NCBI GenBank assembly: GCA_964504195.1
Contig: CAZDDI010000005.1
Span: 1,175 to 65,174, forward strand
DNA: 64,000 nucleotides
DNA from: an uncultured Anaerolineales bacterium
Lineage (GTDB): Bacteria > Chloroflexota > Anaerolineae > B4-G1 > SLSP01
Direction: 5' to 3'
The position numbers and the translations under genes were made by a program. A model generated the notes under the pieces. It made no database searches. It was not told the origin of the DNA and worked only from the letters and a program-made list of their open reading frames with translations. Below, piece by piece: positions 28,401-36,928 of this stretch; the stretch's first letter is position 1, and the number at the start of each line of letters is the position of its first letter.

Positions 28401-29373
28401 CCTGGAACCGGCGAAGTGGGCGGCGGCGCTGGCGAAGCAGTGGCTGCTGGCGTACCCCGCCGGGGCGACGGGCTTCCACCACCTCAAGGGCGCGGTGCTC
28501 GACGCCTACCGCGCAGCGGGGGTCATCGAGCCGGACGGCAGCGCGCACCTGGAACGCTCGGCGAATCTGTGTATGGCCGACCTGCAACACGCCCTGGCCG
28601 CGCGCCTGGAGAAACTCCGCGAGGAGCGCAGCGATACGATTACGGCGGGGGTGGTCAAGCGCATTCTCGACAAGTTGGAAGAATTCCTGCCCGGCGGGGC
28701 GTATCACCGGGCCTTCGGGCAACCGGGTGGCACGACGGTGGTCGAGTGGACGGCTCCTGACAAGGCTACCGTGATCACCGGTAAGTTCGGCGATGACGGG
28801 CCGCTCAAGCAGTTCATCATCGGCCTGATGGTAGCAGGCATCTACCAGCACGCGGACGAGCGGTATGAGCATTACCTGCGCCAGCGGCGCACGATTCCGC
28901 AGCATTTGCTCTTCGTCGAGGAGGCCCATGTGGTGATGCGCTCGGACGCGAGTACCCAGACGGAAATCGCGCAAGCCATTGGCGAGGACGCCGGGCTGTG
29001 GAACAACATCACCGACCGGGGGCGGAAACTGGGGCTGTATCTGTGGACGTCGGCGCAGCATTGGGAGCCGTTGCCGGCGGGGGTAGTAACATCGAGCAGT
29101 ATTGCGATTATCCAGAAGGTAAGTACAATCAAAGATGCTGAGATCGCAGTCTCGAAGGCGGGGCGGCTACCGGGAAAGACCAGTATTGACGACTACTCGA
29201 AGTGGACGCTGAGTGTGCTCAATATGCCTACCGGGGTCGGCTACGTCCGGCGCACGCGGAAGACGCTCAGCCAGGAAGACGAGATGGAGATCTTCCCGGT
29301 GAACTTCGTGGATATTTCGGGGATTGCGCCGCCGTCGGATGCGGAGTTGGGGAGGATTGTGGTGAGGAAGTAA
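25411..29373 (+). CDS. Large protein (1320 aa): N-terminal domain, ~600-aa Q/E/R/G/A-rich low-complexity region, C-terminal HerA/VirB4-like (DUF87-type) P-loop ATPase
   Basis: Walker A AVIVGDSGSGKS. Walker B LLFVEEAH. GAGAGGTAATCC Shine-Dalgarno at the 25411 start; the listed ORF start at 25180 overlaps the previous gene. Confidence 0.6.
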   Translation: MTHPTFKMTLTPDGAALQAYAWAESAAAWRAWSPYALRILRKPYRHARTHLELTDDVVSTLYDPQSQRNTPAAFGLANVPELGLVQVYGGLATADSQELAVQTAALHSARLVAALQGRFRQSRFTLLAAEEATAFYRHLWACRCTASLIGQLVPRIAPGMGSGHGINQLVTTDVQEQLEVIAAALAGEPFAVLTLAHPLNALDIRQMLADTAQALSYFASKVKQSESANISAVLPLFINPVALFSEQSQRTTQVARGDQRLTSEQNAHRLAAGQSDGVTAYRRETASSAQHQGAERTSYHEEQRSSENIREHEESRVNLERDYAEAYSLARSYQGREAGTLTTQGQRDADQTGQRQQHTAEQGQLHSVESIDEQVAGVRSGAGSRSSVEAFSVGERYAGGSSRAWQGSYDEQTQRAFSGAGQEHTAEGYRQAEQRAGSLVSGETFARTTENTVQGEGAQLQTYAERGVEGDLSPRVFGIGGGEVMAAGERGHLTQSRDSELAQAEGAANLVRQTQQGEVTTGAQVADSAYQRSGQQQEGLGQTWQGQESVQTAEWRSGGGTRSSQLAYGYSEAYQDASHTDRQAQRAWDSQVDQDAAWQQATREGYQGVERFARAFGGSYSEAGQRSGHLSQQDVITADRNLQRETERVLDGFRAETFAGHRDSQEQVAGVEARQDAKIGAGREFVQAQAAEQVGTAVSAAGRTQVTTRGVMGPSGGSLVAGLAFARQTVDMQRDLVAQLLEQQVQRLNAGLDTGLFLTQVTLLAPDESRLERLAAAAVAAMREEHVVVPVAVRSGDATLWQRAVALDFDARREDAAAGPFEALRHAQTLTANELAALVHPIRISDGTISASLDAWPDDLSHRRTQGEIALGRVLDVNLQPDSNNIHRFRADELMHAVIVGDSGSGKSNSALWFVSQVVNAVRQDAQGDPLPAPTTGPVTPLALGGTPRIGVTVFDPTGEWRKLGKLIPAADFRYYSLTDPQTYPLRFNPLRIPSPYLEPAKWAAALAKQWLLAYPAGATGFHHLKGAVLDAYRAAGVIEPDGSAHLERSANLCMADLQHALAARLEKLREERSDTITAGVVKRILDKLEEFLPGGAYHRAFGQPGGTTVVEWTAPDKATVITGKFGDDGPLKQFIIGLMVAGIYQHADERYEHYLRQRRTIPQHLLFVEEAHVVMRSDASTQTEIAQAIGEDAGLWNNITDRGRKLGLYLWTSAQHWEPLPAGVVTSSSIAIIQKVSTIKDAEIAVSKAGRLPGKTSIDDYSKWTLSVLNMPTGVGYVRRTRKTLSQEDEMEIFPVNFVDISGIAPPSDAELGRIVVRK

Positions 29374-29482
29374 GGCAGGATGCGGTGCAAGATATTTTGA
29401 AATGAACTGGTATGCACCAGCTGCGGATATTGGGTGTAGGGGCTAGAAAATTTGACTTTTAGTTGAACTACTATATTATTGT

Positions 29483-29520
29483 GGACATGGCTCAAAACCC
29501 TGGAGAAGTCAGTTTGACAC
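29483..29520 (+). mobile_element. Solo terminal inverted repeat related to the IS at 36929-38532
   Basis: GGACATGGCTCAAAACCCTGGAGAAGTCAGTTTGACAC is ~34/36 identical to the reverse complement of that IS's right IR. The tip faces outward, to the left. Confidence 0.6.
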
Positions 29521-29541
29521 TTTCTGAAATAAGGAAATCTT

Positions 29542-31032
29542 ATGAACACAGCAAATTATATTTTACAATATGGTCAAGACGAAACTATAGCAATTATCAC
29601 AGAAAAATCCCAATATACCTACAAAGATCTGCGGAGTGCTGTGAACAAAATCGCTACCAAAATTCTAAGTATTGGAATTCTGCCTGGCGATGCAGTTGGA
29701 CTGCTTAGCGCAAACTCTTTGTTTTGGGTGGCTTCATATTTAGCCATTATGAAAATAGGGGGTATTGCAGTACCCTTTTCAACAACTTTGACAACAAAAC
29801 AATTTCAGCAAGCAGAGAGTTTTATTAAATGTAAGGCGATTTGTTTGCAGGAACTTTATCGTAGTAGATATGTGAGTGCATTAAAAAACAAACTGCCAAT
29901 AGTTAGCGAAAACATCCTGTTACCAACTGATTCAATGACGGTCGAAGAATCGCCGGAGACGGTGATAACTGATCCAGAGCAAGATGCAGCTTTCATGCTA
30001 ACTTCTGGAACAACTTCAGAGCCTAAGGTCGTGAGAGTTTCACATGAGAATATTCAATCGAATACCGAATCAATAATCAGCTATTTGGAAATCACTAATT
30101 CAGATCGCATAATGGTCATTCTTCCCTTCTTCTATTGCTTTGGTACATCTTTGTTGCATACACACTTGAGAGCGGGGGGCTCGCTTGTTATAAGCAATCG
30201 TTTTGCTTTCCCAGAAACCGTATTGAACTTGATGGAAACATATAATTGTACAGGCTTTGCTGGGGTGCCATCTACATATCAGATACTTCTCAGAAATACT
30301 ACTTTTCCCAAGCGTAAGCTGCCAATGTTAAAAAAAATCCAACAAGCTGGGGGAAAACTACCTTCTGTTCTCATAAAAGAGTTAAGGGCTATTTTGCCGG
30401 ATTCTAACATCTATATTATGTATGGACAAACAGAAGCTACAGCTCGACTATCGTATTTACACCCCGAAATGCTTGAAAGAAAATTAGGTTCAATAGGCAA
30501 GGGAATTCCAGGTGTTGAGTTGCGTGTAGTAGGAAGTCAAGGTATTGATGTTAGCCACGGTGAAGTTGGTGAAATCGTTGCAAAAGGAAAGAACATCACA
30601 AAAGGGTACTTGAATGATCTGCAAGCAACTGCGGTGAAGTTTAGAGACGGTAATCTGTATACAGGAGATTTAGCTACAGTAGATGAAGATGGCTTTATCT
30701 ATATCGTTGATCGTTCGAGTGATTTTATTAAATCATATGGACATCGAGTTAGTAGTCAACAGATTGAAGGTTGCATTTCAGAACTTCAAGATGTTATAAG
30801 CACAGCAGTTATTGGTGTTCAAGACGTTGTTCGAGGAGAAGCTATAGTAGCTTATGTAACTTTACATAAGAAATCTATTCTTTCTTCTGAGAATATAATC
30901 GCACACTGCAGACAAACACTACCAAGTTATATGATTCCGCGTGATGTGATCGTAGTAAGTGATCTGCCTATGAACGAACAGGGAAAGATATTGAAATCGG
31001 CACTCAAACAACAAGTCTTGGGTGAATTGTAG
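29542..31032 (+). CDS. AMP-dependent synthetase/ligase (acyl-CoA or acyl-ACP synthetase family)
   Basis: MLTSGTTSEPK (AMP-binding core), YGQTEA, and YTGDLA...DEDGFIYIVDRSSDFIKSYG motifs. AT-rich codon usage. Confidence 0.8.
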   Translation: MNTANYILQYGQDETIAIITEKSQYTYKDLRSAVNKIATKILSIGILPGDAVGLLSANSLFWVASYLAIMKIGGIAVPFSTTLTTKQFQQAESFIKCKAICLQELYRSRYVSALKNKLPIVSENILLPTDSMTVEESPETVITDPEQDAAFMLTSGTTSEPKVVRVSHENIQSNTESIISYLEITNSDRIMVILPFFYCFGTSLLHTHLRAGGSLVISNRFAFPETVLNLMETYNCTGFAGVPSTYQILLRNTTFPKRKLPMLKKIQQAGGKLPSVLIKELRAILPDSNIYIMYGQTEATARLSYLHPEMLERKLGSIGKGIPGVELRVVGSQGIDVSHGEVGEIVAKGKNITKGYLNDLQATAVKFRDGNLYTGDLATVDEDGFIYIVDRSSDFIKSYGHRVSSQQIEGCISELQDVISTAVIGVQDVVRGEAIVAYVTLHKKSILSSENIIAHCRQTLPSYMIPRDVIVVSDLPMNEQGKILKSALKQQVLGEL

Positions 31033-31049
31033 AGGGAGTTTAATATTCT

Positions 31050-33035
31050 ATGTGTGGTATTGCGGGTGCGATAGACCTAACTGGTGATAATCAGAATCCA
31101 TTTCCTGACGTTCGAACAATGGTTTCTATGTTAAAACATCGTGGCCCGGAAACTACGGGAGTCTACCATAGTAAATTTGTACACTTTGCTCATGCTCGGT
31201 TAAGCATTATTGACCTAGAAGGCGGTTTACAACCTATACCAAATGAAGATCGTACGCTTTGGGTAATCTGTAATGGGGAGTTTTATAATTTTATAGAGCT
31301 ACGAGAATTTCTGACAGCCAAAGGCCATCAATTCCTCACCGCTTCCGATACAGAAGTTCTTTTACACTTATATGAAGAAATAGGGGATGAGGCTGTAAAC
31401 AAACTTAACGGACAGTTTGGATTCGCTCTTTGGGATAGTGTTCGCCGCCGGCTATTACTTGGCCGAGATCGCTTTGGTATTCGCCCCCTCTTTTATGCAG
31501 TGAAGGACAATTATTTGCTGTTCGCGTCCGAAGTGAAGGCATTACTGGCTGCCAAAATCCAAACTCGCGTCGATTTTCATTCCTTAGCTCAAGTGTTTAC
31601 AACTTGGTCCCCCTTACCTGGAAAAACTATGTTAAAAGATGTATCTGAGGTTTTGCCTGGTCATATAGTCACGGTTAAGGTGGGAGAGGGAGTTGAATCG
31701 CGACCATATTGGCAATTGCAATTTCCAGCTAAAGAAGAAAGGCTTGACGGAGAAAAACTTGCTATCGAGGTAGAATCTATAAGAGAGGCGCTAACTAATG
31801 CTGTAAAGATTCGATTGAGAGCAGATGTACCAGTTGGTGCCTACCTAAGCGGAGGCCTGGATTCAACTTTTATCACGAGTCTTGCTCAAAAGATGAGTAA
31901 TCATCCTTTACATACTTTTTCTATTACATTTGATGATCCAGAATTTGACGAGAGTGAGTATCAATATCAAGTTGCTCACGAAATAGGTACAATTCACCAT
32001 ATTGTAAAATGCGATGTGCAAACAATTCGCAGAAATCTGCCGGACGTTGTATGGCACACTGAAACACCAGTACTTCGATTAGCTCCCGTTCCTATGTACC
32101 TTTTAGCACAATTAGTAAACCAACACAAGATAAAAGTGGTATTGACAGGTGAAGGTGCTGATGAATTTTTTGGAGGTTACGATATTTTTCGAGAAGCAAT
32201 GGTCCGACGTTTTATAGCCAGGGACCCTACTTCCAATATCAGACCTTTATTACTGAAGAGGTTATATGCTCACCTGCCTAATTTAAGCAAGCTCAGCCCT
32301 TCTTTGCTAAAAAAGTTTTATTGTAGAGATTCTGATAACTTATCCTCACCATACTATAGCCATACGCTTAGATGGGATAATACTTACCGTGCTTCTCGCC
32401 TGTTCTCCAAAGAACTTCTTCAGTATTTGCAGGATTATAATGTAATTGATGATATATCCACTTTGGTACCCAAACAAATAGAACAATGGTCTTCTCTTTC
32501 CCAAGCGCAGTACTTGGAAAGCGTTTTCTTCTTATCAAGCTACCTACTATCTTCTCAGGGAGATCGTATGGCTATGGCTCATGCAGTCGAAGGGCGATAT
32601 CCTTTCTTAGATCACCGACTTATAGAGTTGATTAATCAAATGCCTTCAAGATTTAAAATCAATGGGCTGCGGGGCGAAAAGTACATTCTCAAGTTAGCCT
32701 CCAGGGGATTGGTGCCTGATGTTATTAGATCTCGTTCAAAGTATCCTTATCGAGCTCCTGTTCAAAGTGTGTTTTCTAATCTTGCATTGCCCGATTATGC
32801 AAAGGAACTGTTATCAACAGTGAAATTGAAGACAAGTGGCTGCTTTGATCCGGTATTTGTACAAGAACTTGTAAAGAAGATACAAGAAGCACGATTCGTC
32901 GGGGAAATGGATCAAATGGCTTTTGTGGGCATTTTAACATATCAGATATTCCATGATCTTTTTATTGAAAAATTCAATGTTTCTGCACAATACAAACAAT
33001 CTGATTTTATAGATGTTACCAAAGTGTGGAATTAA
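31050..33035 (+). CDS. asnB: Asparagine synthetase B-family glutamine-dependent amidotransferase
   Basis: N-terminal MCGIAG with nucleophilic Cys2. PP-loop SGGLDS. 661 aa. Confidence 0.85.
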   Translation: MCGIAGAIDLTGDNQNPFPDVRTMVSMLKHRGPETTGVYHSKFVHFAHARLSIIDLEGGLQPIPNEDRTLWVICNGEFYNFIELREFLTAKGHQFLTASDTEVLLHLYEEIGDEAVNKLNGQFGFALWDSVRRRLLLGRDRFGIRPLFYAVKDNYLLFASEVKALLAAKIQTRVDFHSLAQVFTTWSPLPGKTMLKDVSEVLPGHIVTVKVGEGVESRPYWQLQFPAKEERLDGEKLAIEVESIREALTNAVKIRLRADVPVGAYLSGGLDSTFITSLAQKMSNHPLHTFSITFDDPEFDESEYQYQVAHEIGTIHHIVKCDVQTIRRNLPDVVWHTETPVLRLAPVPMYLLAQLVNQHKIKVVLTGEGADEFFGGYDIFREAMVRRFIARDPTSNIRPLLLKRLYAHLPNLSKLSPSLLKKFYCRDSDNLSSPYYSHTLRWDNTYRASRLFSKELLQYLQDYNVIDDISTLVPKQIEQWSSLSQAQYLESVFFLSSYLLSSQGDRMAMAHAVEGRYPFLDHRLIELINQMPSRFKINGLRGEKYILKLASRGLVPDVIRSRSKYPYRAPVQSVFSNLALPDYAKELLSTVKLKTSGCFDPVFVQELVKKIQEARFVGEMDQMAFVGILTYQIFHDLFIEKFNVSAQYKQSDFIDVTKVWN

Positions 33036-33055
33036 GCTGTTTTTAGGAGAGAAAT

Positions 33056-34030
33056 ATGAATTTCAACAAAGACATACTAGTTATTGACCCTGTTCACGAA
33101 GTAGAAAGGCTATCTGCGCTTATTCATGAATCACTTTTCAATAGATTCAAACGCAAAGGGGCTGTAATAGGAGTTAGTGGTGGAGTAGATTCCGCTACAA
33201 CACTGGCATTAGTTGTAAGAGCTATCGGGGCAGAAAACGTAATTGCGATAGCGATGCCAGATCAAGATTCCAATCCTGTGAGCGAAATTTTGGGAAAAGA
33301 TATCGCTACTAAATTCGGTGCATCTTTTGTCAAAGAAGACATAACACCGGTCCTTATCTCGCTCAAATGTTATGAACACCGCGATTCTGCTGTACGCAAA
33401 GTCTTCCCAGATTACAATCCAGATACAGATGGAATAAAATTAGTTTTGCCTACTGATTTATTGGGTAAAGGCAGTTTGAACGTATATTCTTTGGCGCTAG
33501 TTCGTAATGGAGAAGAGATTGGCCGACGTATTCTTCCCGCCCCCGTGTATCTAGAAATTGTAGCAGCATCAAATATGAAGCAGAGAACTCGTATGTTGAC
33601 ACTTTATTATCATGCTGAAAAACGGAATTACGCTGTTATAGGAACTGCTAACAAGAATGAACATGCGCAAGGTTTCTTCGTTAAGTATGGCGACGGAGGT
33701 GTTGATATACAACCTATTTTACACTTATACAAAACGCAGATTTATCAACTGGCGCAATACTTAAATGTGCCACAGGAAATAATAGATCGAACACCTACAA
33801 GTGATACTTACAGCGCTGAATGTACGCAAGAAGAATTCTATTTCAGACTCCCCTTTGAACTTATGGATTTGATCTGGTATGGATTTGAGCATGAGGTTTC
33901 TCCTGAAATAGTTGCTAATGAACTAAACCTTGCTACCAAACAGGTAGAAAACGTATATAGGGATCTAGCTCAAAAAGCAAGAAGCACTGAATACTTGCGT
34001 ATGGTTCCAATTACTAGCAATTCCAACTAA
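33056..34030 (+). CDS. NAD synthetase (NadE)-family PP-loop ATP pyrophosphatase / amidating enzyme
   Basis: GVSGGVDS PP-loop. YGDGGVDIQPI...LYKTQIYQLAQYLNVP matches the NadE-family C-terminal signature. Confidence 0.7.
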   Translation: MNFNKDILVIDPVHEVERLSALIHESLFNRFKRKGAVIGVSGGVDSATTLALVVRAIGAENVIAIAMPDQDSNPVSEILGKDIATKFGASFVKEDITPVLISLKCYEHRDSAVRKVFPDYNPDTDGIKLVLPTDLLGKGSLNVYSLALVRNGEEIGRRILPAPVYLEIVAASNMKQRTRMLTLYYHAEKRNYAVIGTANKNEHAQGFFVKYGDGGVDIQPILHLYKTQIYQLAQYLNVPQEIIDRTPTSDTYSAECTQEEFYFRLPFELMDLIWYGFEHEVSPEIVANELNLATKQVENVYRDLAQKARSTEYLRMVPITSNSN

Positions 34031-34078
34031 TCGAATTCTTAAATGTTTCTAAATCAATGACCCAGGGAGTGTAAGAAC

Positions 34079-34321
34079 GTGGAGATTAAAAACCGTATAC
34101 GTGAATTCATTATTACAAATTTTGTCACGGCTTCGGGAGTCTTTATAGATGACACTACTGCTTTGTTAGAGTCAGGTATTATTGACTCTACAGGTGTCAT
34201 GGAGATGCTACTCTTTGTCGAGGAAGAGTTTGATATCGAAGTTCCCCCCGAAGATCTTCTGCCTGAGAATTTTAACTCAATTGCAGGCTTGGCTGACTAT
34301 ATACAAAGAAAACTCACTTGA
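34079..34321 (+). CDS. Acyl carrier protein-like (phosphopantetheine-binding)
   Basis: 80 aa. LESGIIDSTGVMEML has the DSxxxxE-type Ser attachment motif. Apparent GTG start. Confidence 0.6.
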   Translation: MEIKNRIREFIITNFVTASGVFIDDTTALLESGIIDSTGVMEMLLFVEEEFDIEVPPEDLLPENFNSIAGLADYIQRKLT

Positions 34322-34355
34322 TCTTTCTCAGATTTAGATATTAAGGAGGGGAAAA

Positions 34356-35138
34356 ATGAGTTCCGCACAACTCAATTTTAGAGTTAACAAACCGGAGAAC
34401 ACAATCCGGATAGTATTTGTACATCATTCAACTGGGAGAAACCTAATACAACAGGGCGAAGTTCGGGAGTTAATGCAGACTCAAGCGTCGAGGACTGCGA
34501 TGCATTATGAATTTTGGGACCAAGACTATAACAAGATTGGTTTAAGTGATGCGTCTGGCAGCAAACTTGGGATAACTTTAAATATGCCAGGAGATAATAC
34601 TGACCCAGATGGGTTAGAAGCATTGTTTAGTCAACCAATTCATACTCCTCCAGACAATGCCTTAAGTGCTCTTCTCACTTTTGATGTGGTGATTTTCAAG
34701 TCTTGCTATCCAGTTTCAGCGATTCATAATGAGGAACAGTTGGAGCGTTACAAGCAGCACTATTTACGAATACGAGAGACCATGTTAGCAAATCCACAAA
34801 CCTTTTTTGTGGTTATGACTCCTCCTCCATTAATACCAAAACCATTTCCTGTATTTCCCGGGTCTTCTACTACACCAGAAGAAGCAAGGCGCGCAAGAGA
34901 GTTCGCAAATTGGTTAACGTCTGGAGAATTCATAGCAGAACTATCTAATGTTGCTGTTTTCGACTTTTTTGATTATTTAGCTGCGCCTGATGATTCTTCA
35001 AAACAAGCAAATATGCTCCGTGCAGAATATCGAAGCCTCTTAGGGTTTGATTCACACCCAAATTCGACCGCAAACAAAGCAGTCGCTCCGCTATTTGTGG
35101 ATTTTATCGTTAAAGGGATTCAACAATTCTTCAACTGA
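34356..35138 (+). CDS. SGNH/GDSL-hydrolase-like protein, cytoplasmic paralog (tentative fold call)
   Basis: AAGGAGGGG Shine-Dalgarno. Blocks VFVHHSTG, MPGDNTD (GxND-like) and DSHP (Asp/His-like) resemble the SGNH blocks I, III and V. Confidence 0.55.
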   Translation: MSSAQLNFRVNKPENTIRIVFVHHSTGRNLIQQGEVRELMQTQASRTAMHYEFWDQDYNKIGLSDASGSKLGITLNMPGDNTDPDGLEALFSQPIHTPPDNALSALLTFDVVIFKSCYPVSAIHNEEQLERYKQHYLRIRETMLANPQTFFVVMTPPPLIPKPFPVFPGSSTTPEEARRAREFANWLTSGEFIAELSNVAVFDFFDYLAAPDDSSKQANMLRAEYRSLLGFDSHPNSTANKAVAPLFVDFIVKGIQQFFN

Positions 35139-36058
35139 ATCTTCTTATAGCTAGCATTTTGTGACAACTCGTTTAGTTTTTAAGGATGTATTAGATGGTG
35201 AATAGTTCCATAAGTCAGGTTAAAAAAGCAAGATTACTATTTTTCACAATACTTTTGATAATTCTTTTCCTCTTAGGGCGAAGTTGGTTGCGTCCACAAG
35301 AGATATGGCCCTTTATTCTTAATGAAGGACAAAACAAACCGGAGAACACAATCCGGATAGTATTTGTACATCATTCAACTGGGAGAAACCTAATACAACA
35401 GGGCGAAGTTCGGGAGTTAATGCAGACTCAAGCGTCGAGGACTGCGATGCATTATGAATTTTGGGACCAAGACTATAACAAGATTGGTTTAAGTGATGCG
35501 TCTGGCAGCAAACTTGGGATAACTTTAAATATGCCAGGAGATAATACTGACCCAGATGGGTTAGAAGCATTGTTTAGTCAACCAATTCATACTCCTCCAG
35601 ACAATGCCTTAAGTGCTCTTCTCACTTTTGATGTGGTGATTTTCAAGTCTTGCTATCCAGTTTCAGCGATTCATAATGAGGAACAGTTGGAGCGTTACAA
35701 GCAGCACTATTTACGAATACGAGAGACCATGTTAGCAAATCCACAAACCTTTTTTGTGGTTATGACTCCTCCTCCATTAATACCAAAACCATTTCCTGTA
35801 TTTCCCGGGTCTTCTACTACACCAGAAGAAGCAAGGCGCGCAAGAGAGTTCGCAAATTGGTTAACGTCTGGAGAATTCATAGCAGAACTATCTAATGTTG
35901 CTGTTTTCGACTTTTTTGATTATTTAGCTGCGCCTGATGATTCTTCAAAACAAGCAAATATGCTCCGTGCAGAATATCGAAGCCTCTTAGGGTTTGATTC
36001 ACACCCAAATTCGACCGCAAACAAAGCAGTCGCTCCGCTATTTGTGGATTTTATCGTT
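34389..36058 (+). repeat. Tandem gene duplication: ~720-bp near-identical segments (34389-35110 and 35337-36058)
   Basis: Offset of ~948 bp. Identical antisense spurious ORFs at 34384..34623 and 35319..35570. Confidence 0.85.
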
Positions 36059-36091
36059 TCTAGTGTTGAAAAATGGTGTGCAGGTAGATAG
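35195..36091 (+). CDS. SGNH/GDSL-hydrolase-like protein, membrane-anchored paralog
   Basis: Same core as 34356..35138 but with an N-terminal transmembrane anchor KKARLLFFTILLIILFLLG and a different C-terminal tail. Confidence 0.55.
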   Translation: MVNSSISQVKKARLLFFTILLIILFLLGRSWLRPQEIWPFILNEGQNKPENTIRIVFVHHSTGRNLIQQGEVRELMQTQASRTAMHYEFWDQDYNKIGLSDASGSKLGITLNMPGDNTDPDGLEALFSQPIHTPPDNALSALLTFDVVIFKSCYPVSAIHNEEQLERYKQHYLRIRETMLANPQTFFVVMTPPPLIPKPFPVFPGSSTTPEEARRAREFANWLTSGEFIAELSNVAVFDFFDYLAAPDDSSKQANMLRAEYRSLLGFDSHPNSTANKAVAPLFVDFIVSSVEKWCAGR

Positions 36092-36093
36092 CA

Positions 36094-36840
36094 ATGATAG
36101 AGGAAGAAAAAACACCTTTCTGGCAAAAAGCAGGCAAATTCCTACTTCGATGGAGTCTAAGTAAGCATTTTGCCCATATCTATTTGCGTCCCCAGAACTA
36201 CAATATCCCCTATAACAAACCTGTTATGCTGTGTATTAACCACAGTTGCAGATGGGACGTTCCTTTATCGTTATTCTTATCTGAATCTATCCTACAGTTA
36301 GATAGCTATCTTATGGCGGCTCCTCAGGTTATACAAAAATACCCACTTATGTGTAGATTTGGGTGTTTTGAAGCAGATAGCTCTAATCCTATAGAAACTA
36401 CCCGGACTCTTAAATATGCGTCAACTCTTATAAGTGGTAAAAGTGATCGTTGCTTAATCATGTTTCCACAGGGAAGGTATAAGAGAAGCTATCAACGCCC
36501 TTTGGATTTCCGCCCTGGATTTGCTCAAATAGCACGTATAACACGCCCAGTAATCATCCTACCAGTAGCTTTTTATTATGAATACTTCATAGAAAGAATC
36601 CCCGAAGCATTTGTCAGCATAGGTCCTCCGGTGTTTGTTGAATCTCAAATTACGACCAACAAATTAGTCGAAGATGTTGAAGTAGCAGTAACCCGAGAAT
36701 TGGATGCTTTGCAGAAAGATATTACAAATAATCAACTTGATGAATTTATCGCTATACTTGAAGAGCAAAAGAATATGCTTATAAAACTGTGGCATAGATT
36801 TGACTCAGAATGGATAGAGAGAGCTAAACGTACACTTTAA
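36094..36840 (+). CDS. PlsC-family (lysophospholipid / 1-acylglycerol-3-phosphate-type) acyltransferase
   Basis: HxxxxD motif CINHSCRWDVP. ATGA overlap with the upstream gene. Confidence 0.7.
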   Translation: MIEEEKTPFWQKAGKFLLRWSLSKHFAHIYLRPQNYNIPYNKPVMLCINHSCRWDVPLSLFLSESILQLDSYLMAAPQVIQKYPLMCRFGCFEADSSNPIETTRTLKYASTLISGKSDRCLIMFPQGRYKRSYQRPLDFRPGFAQIARITRPVIILPVAFYYEYFIERIPEAFVSIGPPVFVESQITTNKLVEDVEVAVTRELDALQKDITNNQLDEFIAILEEQKNMLIKLWHRFDSEWIERAKRTL

Positions 36841-36928
36841 ACTCTCTGCTAAAGTTATAGAAAACACCATTTTCTTATATTAGGAAATAATAAGGTGTGA
36901 GATCTTGTAAAAACTCAGGGCGTTTTTT

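Noticed and set aside
29463-29708. ORFs 29463..29708(+) and 38377..38604(-) beginning MAQNP.EVSLT
   Set aside because: Their N-termini are encoded by the IS terminal inverted repeats and they overlap real genes. They are IR-derived pseudo-ORFs.
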